From contig OX597819.1 of the NCBI GenBank assembly GCA_951406725.2, positions 120,466,001-120,530,000 on the forward strand: DNA of 64,000 nt, written 5' to 3'. The notes beneath the pieces were generated by a model. The model ran no database searches. It saw only the letters and a list, made by a program, of their open reading frames with translations, and was not told the origin of the DNA. Position numbers and translations under genes: made by a program. Positions 57,027-64,000 of the stretch are shown here, piece after piece (the first letter of the stretch is position 1; every line of letters starts with the position of its first letter). The DNA comes from Octopus vulgaris (lineage: Eukaryota).

Positions 57027-57232
57027 AATTTTCCTTGTATTGCTTGTCCTGTACTCTGTTTTTTCGTTGTTTAAAAAGTCCGTTTCCTTGTTTGATTTTA
57101 TGTTTTCGTTTCTCGTTGTGTTCTACGTTTATTTGTGGTGTCCTGTACTCATATATGCATGTATATATACATATAGATGTGAGTATGTACATATATGTAT
57201 GTATATATGCATATGTTTTATTTATTATATTG

Positions 57233-57269
<37 letters not shown>

Positions 57270-57849
57270 TAAATTCTCAGTATAAAATAATGTACATTGA
57301 AACACAAGAGAAAACTACCTTTAATAGGTAATTTTTACACGCTGGAAGAAGCAGTCAAAACGACCAAAACAATTTCGAAGGGAATGAAAAATAAAAACTT
57401 CTATCTTGTTATTTTTATTTTTATTTATTTAAAAAAATTTTTTTACCTTAGATAGATAGATAGATAGATAGATAGATACATACATACATACATACATATA
57501 TGCATATGTGTAGAAAGAGAAAGAGGCAGGGAGAGAGAAAGGGAGGGAGAGGTAGAGGGAAGGAAAGAGAGAGAGGGAGGGAGAGAGAGAGATAATCCTA
57601 TCTGATCAAATGATAACAAGGAAGTTGTCTATACTTTACAGATTTTATTTTGATAGCTAGATAGATCAATATTAACTACAGCCGTCACTTGCTAGTGAAT
57701 ACGTCGTGACAGCAAGTACGATGTTTTAGCCGATTGTTTCGGGTGATTATATATTAACCATCAATTAAAGATAACGACTTCATCCTCTCATAAATTATCC
57801 AATGAAACATGGAGCACCTGACATTGAAAAGAGAGACCTGCAGCGACGT

Positions 57850-57992
57850 TTGTTTCTGTCTCATTTCTGACTAGAGTGGAGCAACGTAAAATGGAGTATG
57901 ACCCTCAGGAGCAAATGGTGCCGCAATAACCCAGAAACGAACCCGCGAACTTATGATCAATGGCACAATGCTCTATCCATTAAGCGTGGCTA
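57850..57992 (-). mobile_element. Degenerate SINE family C head/core
   Basis: GTGGAGCAACGT...CTCAGGAGCA...ACGAACCCGCGA. Confidence 0.5.
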
Positions 57993-58832
57993 CGGTAATT
58001 CACAGAAACGTATACATACTTTATGTAAAAACATACACATAAATGTGGTTATCTATGCATCTATCTCAGACACACACTCTCTCTCTCTTTCACATACACA
58101 CATACATTCTCTCTTTCTCCTCCTCTCTCTGTGTTTCTTTCTCTCTCTCTGTTTTTTTCTCTCTCTGTCTCTTTCTCTCTCTCTGTCTTTTTCTCTCTCT
58201 TACTCACTCCACAGGTCTTTTAAATATCCAGACATTTTCTCGAACCTCACATACGCACGCATCCGTGCACTACACACCACATGCACACGTAGATACGTAA
58301 ACACATAAACGGGCGTGTAAGATAACAAACGCAACAACAACAGCAACAACAACAACAACAAACCAAAACTACAACAACAACATCCATACCAACCATATTT
58401 CAACGTACAAGAAGAACAAAATCGCCATCACCACCACCACCACCACCAACACCAACACCAACAACAACAACAAAATCAACAAGAATGCCTGTAAATCTTT
58501 TACTTCTAATGGTTTTATGACTCTGCAACTGTCTATTTTAGTAAAGAGCCTCATAAAATAATAATATGCTACCCATATTCAACCCTCATCTCAGTCTCTC
58601 ACTCTCTCTCACGTCTTCTCTCTCTCTCTCTATCTCAGGTCCTCTCTAATTCTCTCTGTGTCACTCACATTCCATTATCTCTCTCCTTCCTCTCTTCTTC
58701 CCACTTTTGCTATCACCCATTGTATATACTATTTCATAGTTATCTACCCATTATATATTTTGCCTTATTTATTATAATAGTTGTTGCTTTTACCGTTCTT
58801 TTATTATTATAATTTATTATATTTTGCTGCCG

Positions 58833-58906
<74 letters not shown>

Positions 58907-59644
58907 CGTTTTCTTTTTGTTGCTGTTGTTGTTGCTGTTGTTGTTGCTATTTACTTAGGCTGAACGATAGCGAAATACAGTGGAGGGTTTTATGATTATC
59001 GCGGAAGGCATCAGTCCAAGCCATTTATCAGATCAAGAGATATTATCCAAAAGATATTCCGTTATTGCCTGAGAAGTTGTCAGCATGTCTGGCAGTATGG
59101 ATGCGCTCAAAAAAACATAATGGCCGGGCAATTAGGAAAGAACTTCAAGATACCGCGGTATGGGAGCGGAGAAAGAGAGAGAGAAGAGGAGAGAGAGAGA
59201 GGAGGAGAGAAAGGGGGAGAGAGAGATGGGAAGGGCGTGGTGCGAGACGAACGCGTACTTATATCATTTTGTGGTTAAAAATGTCGAATGGGAGAGGAGC
59301 TATGCCTGTGGCTTGCTTGGTAGATTGTTAGAGGTGTGGTGGTTTCATGGTTTAATACCGAGGTGGATCGTGTTACTGTTACTTAAAAGCTTCTTCGTTG
59401 CACTTTGAAACGGCGTTTCAGAATACCCTACATTTAAAAGAACCAAGTGCCTAGACTATAATAACAACAATAATAATAATTATTATTTCTTCTAGAGGCA
59501 CAAGGCCTGAACTTCAGCGGTAGGGGACCAGTCGCTCAAATCGATCCCAGTGCTTCACAAGTCAATTTGAATGTCTGATTACTTTTGGCTGTTTCATGGT
59601 TTTATATTGCCAGTGTATAAAATATTATTTACATAGAAAAAATA

Positions 59645-59822
59645 AATGCACCCTTTTAATGCCTACCCAGGCTCATGGGCCCGGTTTCCCGGTTTCTATG
59701 GCGTATGTGTACCCCAGTTAGACAGGACGCCAGTCCATCGCAGCGTTACTCATTTTTGCCAATGGAGTGAACTGGAGCAACGTGAAATGAAGTGTTTTGC
59801 TCAAGAACACAGCGCGTCGCCC
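59645..59822 (-). mobile_element. SINE family C core with tail type 2
   Basis: Minus strand CTGCGATGGACTGGCGTCCTGTC...AGAAACCGGGAAACCGGGCCCATGAG; matches 4925-5005. Confidence 0.85.
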
Positions 59823-60265
59823 ATAGTTTTTATATTTTTATGTTTCAGTTTTTGATTCATTGCTTATATGAGCAAAAATCAACATTATAATTCTGTTCCA
59901 CATTACAACTACCGAAATAAATTCTAATAAAAATAAGTAAACTGGAGATTAAAGAGCGAAGTCCCTCTTGACAAGTCACCTGAGGAAACACATCAGCACC
60001 TTCGATGCATTAGAACTGTTTGTATTGCATCTCATCTGTGAGACACCGGTGTACGATGGGTCGAGACGATCGTAGGGAATAATAAGGAATCTCGTGAATT
60101 CCATATTCTTTCTCTTATATTTTATAAACACGATGGACACGAAGGAATTGCTAGAGTCAATACAACGGCATATGCCTTGATACTGTTGTTGATATCAAGT
60201 AGCCGAATACTGTGACCGAGCTTTAAACAGCATATTACAATATATATATATATATATATATATAA

Positions 60266-60386
60266 TCAAAATAAGCAACAAGGATATCCAGAGGTAATGC
60301 AGTACGATCGTTTCATGCGACTCCATTTAATTAAACAATGCATGTATTACATCAGTTTTAAAATGTAGAGCAATCTTCAGTTGCAT
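60266..60386 (-). ncRNA. Second copy of the long-stem-II hammerhead-like repeat
   Basis: Reverse complement of 53558-53677 with scattered substitutions; abuts (TA)n. Confidence 0.62.
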
Positions 60387-60608
60387 ATAAATATAGAATT
60401 TAGTTAAATTTAAGAGATACATTTTTATAGTTATTCCATTTACCAACATCACAAAGAGGGTACGTAGGTAGACAGAAAAACAAGTTTCATCAAAAAATTA
60501 AAAAATGCGACAAGAACGTAACACATGCAGATAGACGATGGAAAGAAAACAAGGAAGGGTCATCCAGAGTTTTCTTTCCTCAGTCGAGTTCCCTATATAT
60601 ATATCAGG

Positions 60609-60806
60609 ACGCCATGATAGATCGTTAGCTCCTACACGCATTTTTTCTCTCCTTGTTTCTTTTCTGTGTATCTTTCTGTCGAAGAGCGTAGGCTCGAAAC
60701 GTAAAAGACTTTTTCTATTTCTATTCCTGCGCGTTATACTAATACATTTGTTTGTTTGTACTCCACCTGCCTTCGTCTTCTGTTTATTTTCGTAAACCTT
60801 CCCGTT
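60609..60806 (+). mobile_element. (TA)n-flanked element with hammerhead-like motif (CUGUCGA core) at 60671-60708
   Basis: ucuuu CUGUCGA a gagc-guag-gcuc GAAA cgua aaaga. Confidence 0.72.
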
Positions 60807-60827
60807 ATATATATATATATATTCCCG

Positions 60828-60870
<43 letters not shown>

Positions 60871-60899
60871 CATACCTGTATACATGGATGTTGCTTTTA

Positions 60900-61260
60900 T
60901 CATGGTTCACTCATTGGACTGCGGTCATGCTGCGGCACCACCTTGAAGAATTTCAGTCAAAAGAATAGACTCCGGTACTTGTGCCGAACTCCCAAGTTAC
61001 GGGCACATAAACACACCAACACCGGTTTCCAAGCGGTGGTGGAATTCAGACATAGCGAGAAACACACGCACACACGCACGCACGCTCATACGTATACGAC
61101 AGGCTTCTTTCTGTTTCTGCCTGCCAAATTCAGTAAAAATGCTCTGGTCGGCCCAGGGCTACACTAGAAGACACTCTCCGAGAATTGTCACGCAGCGAGA
61201 TCGAACCCAAGAATATGTAGCTGGGAAGCAAACGGCTTACCAGAGACCCACTCTAGCGCT
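60900..61260 (-). mobile_element. Degenerate SINE family B
   Basis: TCATTGGACTGCGGTCATGCTG...AGAAGACACT...GAAGCAA. Confidence 0.7.
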
Positions 61261-61515
61261 TATATGTTTGTGTGTCTCTGCAAAACATATATGGTAATTC
61301 CAATAAACATCTCGTTTTAAATTTAACGTGTAATTACTTGCTTATAAACAACCAACGCTGGCTTGATGCATTCTTTCATAAATTCTCAGGAATCAACCTT
61401 GTATCATTTAAACAGGTAAAAAAAAAACAATATCAGCTTGTTTATGACTTACGTTAAGAGAATAGTCATTTTAACTGAGGTAAGAATAATGTGGTGTATG
61501 CAATACTAATGAAAA

Positions 61516-61657
61516 TACATTATTTACATTTGACGGATATTTGTCCTCATCTTGTTTGTTGTTAACACAACGTTTCGGCTGATATACCCTCCAGCCTTCA
61601 TCAGGTGTCTTGGCGAAATTTCGAACCTGAGTTCTCATTCCTAAGGTATTTTTCGAT
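61516..61657 (-). mobile_element. Hammerhead 3' module of the tRNA-HHR SINE; intact HHR at 61564-61609
   Basis: gacac CUGAUGA a ggcug-gaggguauau-cagcc GAAA cguu guguu. Confidence 0.8.
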
Positions 61658-61665
61658 GTTGTTGA

Positions 61666-62076
<411 letters not shown>

Positions 62077-62259
62077 ATCGAAAAATACATTAGCAATGAG
62101 ACCCCAGGTTCGAAATTTCTTCAGACACCTACTGAAGGCCGGATAATATATCAGCTGAAACACTGTCTTAACAACAAGCAAGATGAGGACAAATATCCGT
62201 CAAATGTAAATAATAAAAATAATGTACATAATTCCTCATCTCTTAAATATAGAACTGTA
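62077..62259 (+). mobile_element. Decayed copy of the hammerhead 3' module
   Basis: ATCGAAAAATAC...GATGAGGACAAATATCCGTCAAATGTAAATAAT; core mutated to CTACTGA. Confidence 0.8.
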
Positions 62260-62510
62260 CTAATGAGTGTTACTAAATACCAAATACCTATGTTTTCACA
62301 CTCAGCCACCGAAGATGTTGGAATATAATTACCTATTATATAATTTTCGGGTATGTTACGTATGTTTGTTAAACATAGCATTGGTGCTATGCGTTTACAA
62401 ATTCTCTTTAGTGCTGAGTTGGATCGTCTCTTAGAATACTTACACACATACACACACACACGAAAGCACACACGCATATATATGTATGTATATATATATA
62501 TATATATATG

Positions 62511-62641
62511 TGTTGAAGAGCGTAGGCTCGAAACGTAGAAGAGTTTCTTACTTCTCGACCGTTCAACTAATACATCTGTTTGTTGTTAACACACCAGTCT
62601 TCGTCGTTTGTTTTGTTTTGTTTTTTTGTAAATTCCAACTA
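62511..62641 (+). mobile_element. 5'-truncated third copy of the CUGUNGA hammerhead family
   Basis: UGUUGA a gagc-guag-gcuc GAAA cgua; TAATACATCTGTTTGTTG shared with the other copies. Confidence 0.7.
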
Positions 62642-62803
62642 TATACATACATACGTATATATATACATATACTATATATATATATGCATAGAGAGAGAGA
62701 GAGAGAGAGAGAGGCAGACATACGATCATAAGAACACACATGATATATATATATATATATATATATGCGTGTGTGTGTGAGTGTGCGTGCGTATCTGTGT
62801 ATG

Positions 62804-62855
<52 letters not shown>

Positions 62856-62994
62856 AATATACACACTCATATATATATATACACATATATTCACACATAT
62901 ATATAAGCATATATATATATACCAATATATATATATATATATACAGATATGTATACACACATATTTATACACTCATACACACACACACACACAG

Positions 62995-63050
<56 letters not shown>

Positions 63051-63656
63051 ATACATATCTATATACACACAAATATATATATATATACATATCTATACAA
63101 GGGAAGAAAGAGAGACGTATGCACACGTACACACACACATGATATGCGTATGTGAATGATGTGTATGTATAGATTATGTACGGATGTGTGTACGTTTGCA
63201 CGTTTGTGCTTATGCGCACGCTCGCCTGTGTAGACAAGAGGGATGTTAGGTAACATTGAGCTCCACAATTGTTTCAAAAAGCGCATCAGGTGTATGTTAC
63301 GTAACATTTCGAATGTCCGTAACCTCCAGTGTATTTTCTCCTCAAGTACATACGATTTATACTCTCTTTCTATAAGGTATTGTGGTGTCCAGCTCTTTCT
63401 ATATGCCTGGCATATCTAGAGATAACTCGATCTGAACCTGAATGGAGCGAATAGCGTTTGTTAATTAGATAAACAATCTGTGCTGGAATCAAGCCAGTTC
63501 ATTCGCGGCATTTGGGACGAAAGCATCATTTGTAGCGATTAGTAGCATAAAAGGGAAGACAACCAGTCTGTACAAAATATGTCAGTCGCGTAAGTTAAGT
63601 CACCTATAACGATCTAAGTAGTTGACACACGTCCCAGCATAGTCAGCAGCAACTCT

Positions 63657-64000
63657 GTGGAGGCGCAATGGCCCAATGGTTAGGGCAGCAAACTCGCGGT
63701 CGGAGGATCGCGGTTTCGATTCCCAGACCGGGCGTTGTGTGTATTTATTGAGCGAAAGCACCTAAAGCTCCACGAGGCTCCGGCAGGGGGTGGGGGTTGC
63801 AACCCCTGTTGTACTCTTTCGCCCCAACTTTCTCTCAGTCTTTTCTTGTCCTGTTTCTTGTCCCCGACTTCCTACGCAACCGCTGAGCCTGGATGCGCAT
63901 TCATCCATCCGTCGATGCTCTCGGTGTCGGGGGTTGACCTGCTTTCTCTTCTGCGGGTCTTAGGAATAGCAAAGGACCACGTTTCGGACTTCTCCCACTA
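63657..64000 (+). mobile_element. SINE head and body as at 22168, continuing into a different GC-rich sequence (runs off the window)
   Basis: TGGCCCAATGG A box and GTTTCGATTCC B box; homology to 22168-22350 ends at CCTGTTTCT (about 63858). Confidence 0.8.

Noticed and set aside
59960-60080. CTGAGGA with downstream GAGACACCGGTGTA and GAGACGATCGTA
   Set aside because: May be fossil hammerheads, but GAAA is altered in both and the stems are inconsistent.
60545-60593. Minus-strand CUGAGGA followed by a U-rich tail, reminiscent of 57015 onward
   Set aside because: The upstream part is cut off by (TA)n, so a rearranged hammerhead cannot be evaluated.
63240-63640. Possible RTE-type LINE C-terminal fragment (and a Tx1-like piece at 12030-12330, minus)
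   Set aside because: Only vague motif similarity; not supportable without a search.

Overview
AT-rich, microsatellite-saturated eukaryotic DNA with no supportable host gene. It is most likely intronic or intergenic DNA from a coleoid cephalopod (Octopus-like); this is inferred from the SINE/LINE repertoire and not verified. Most ORF-track entries are translations of simple repeats or SINEs. The window contains: (1) about 35 tRNA-headed SINE copies in three modular families (A, B, C); (2) dead Tc1 and mariner transposases, Tigger- and mariner-type MITEs and two non-autonomous Helitrons; (3) CR1-group LINE fragments and several pieces of an RLE (R4/Dong-like) LINE found beside (TACA)n; (4) about 15 hammerhead-ribozyme (HHR) motifs in short, mostly microsatellite-flanked, Penelope-like non-coding elements. 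Three HHR cases stand out: a candidate non-circularly permuted (pseudoknotted) hammerhead at 56965-57026, a tRNA-headed SINE whose 3' part carries a minimal hammerhead (9097-9424 and sister copies), and an intact type I hammerhead with a long stem I (53075-53203). All folds were read by eye, element boundaries are approximate, and family names come from motif recognition rather than database searches.
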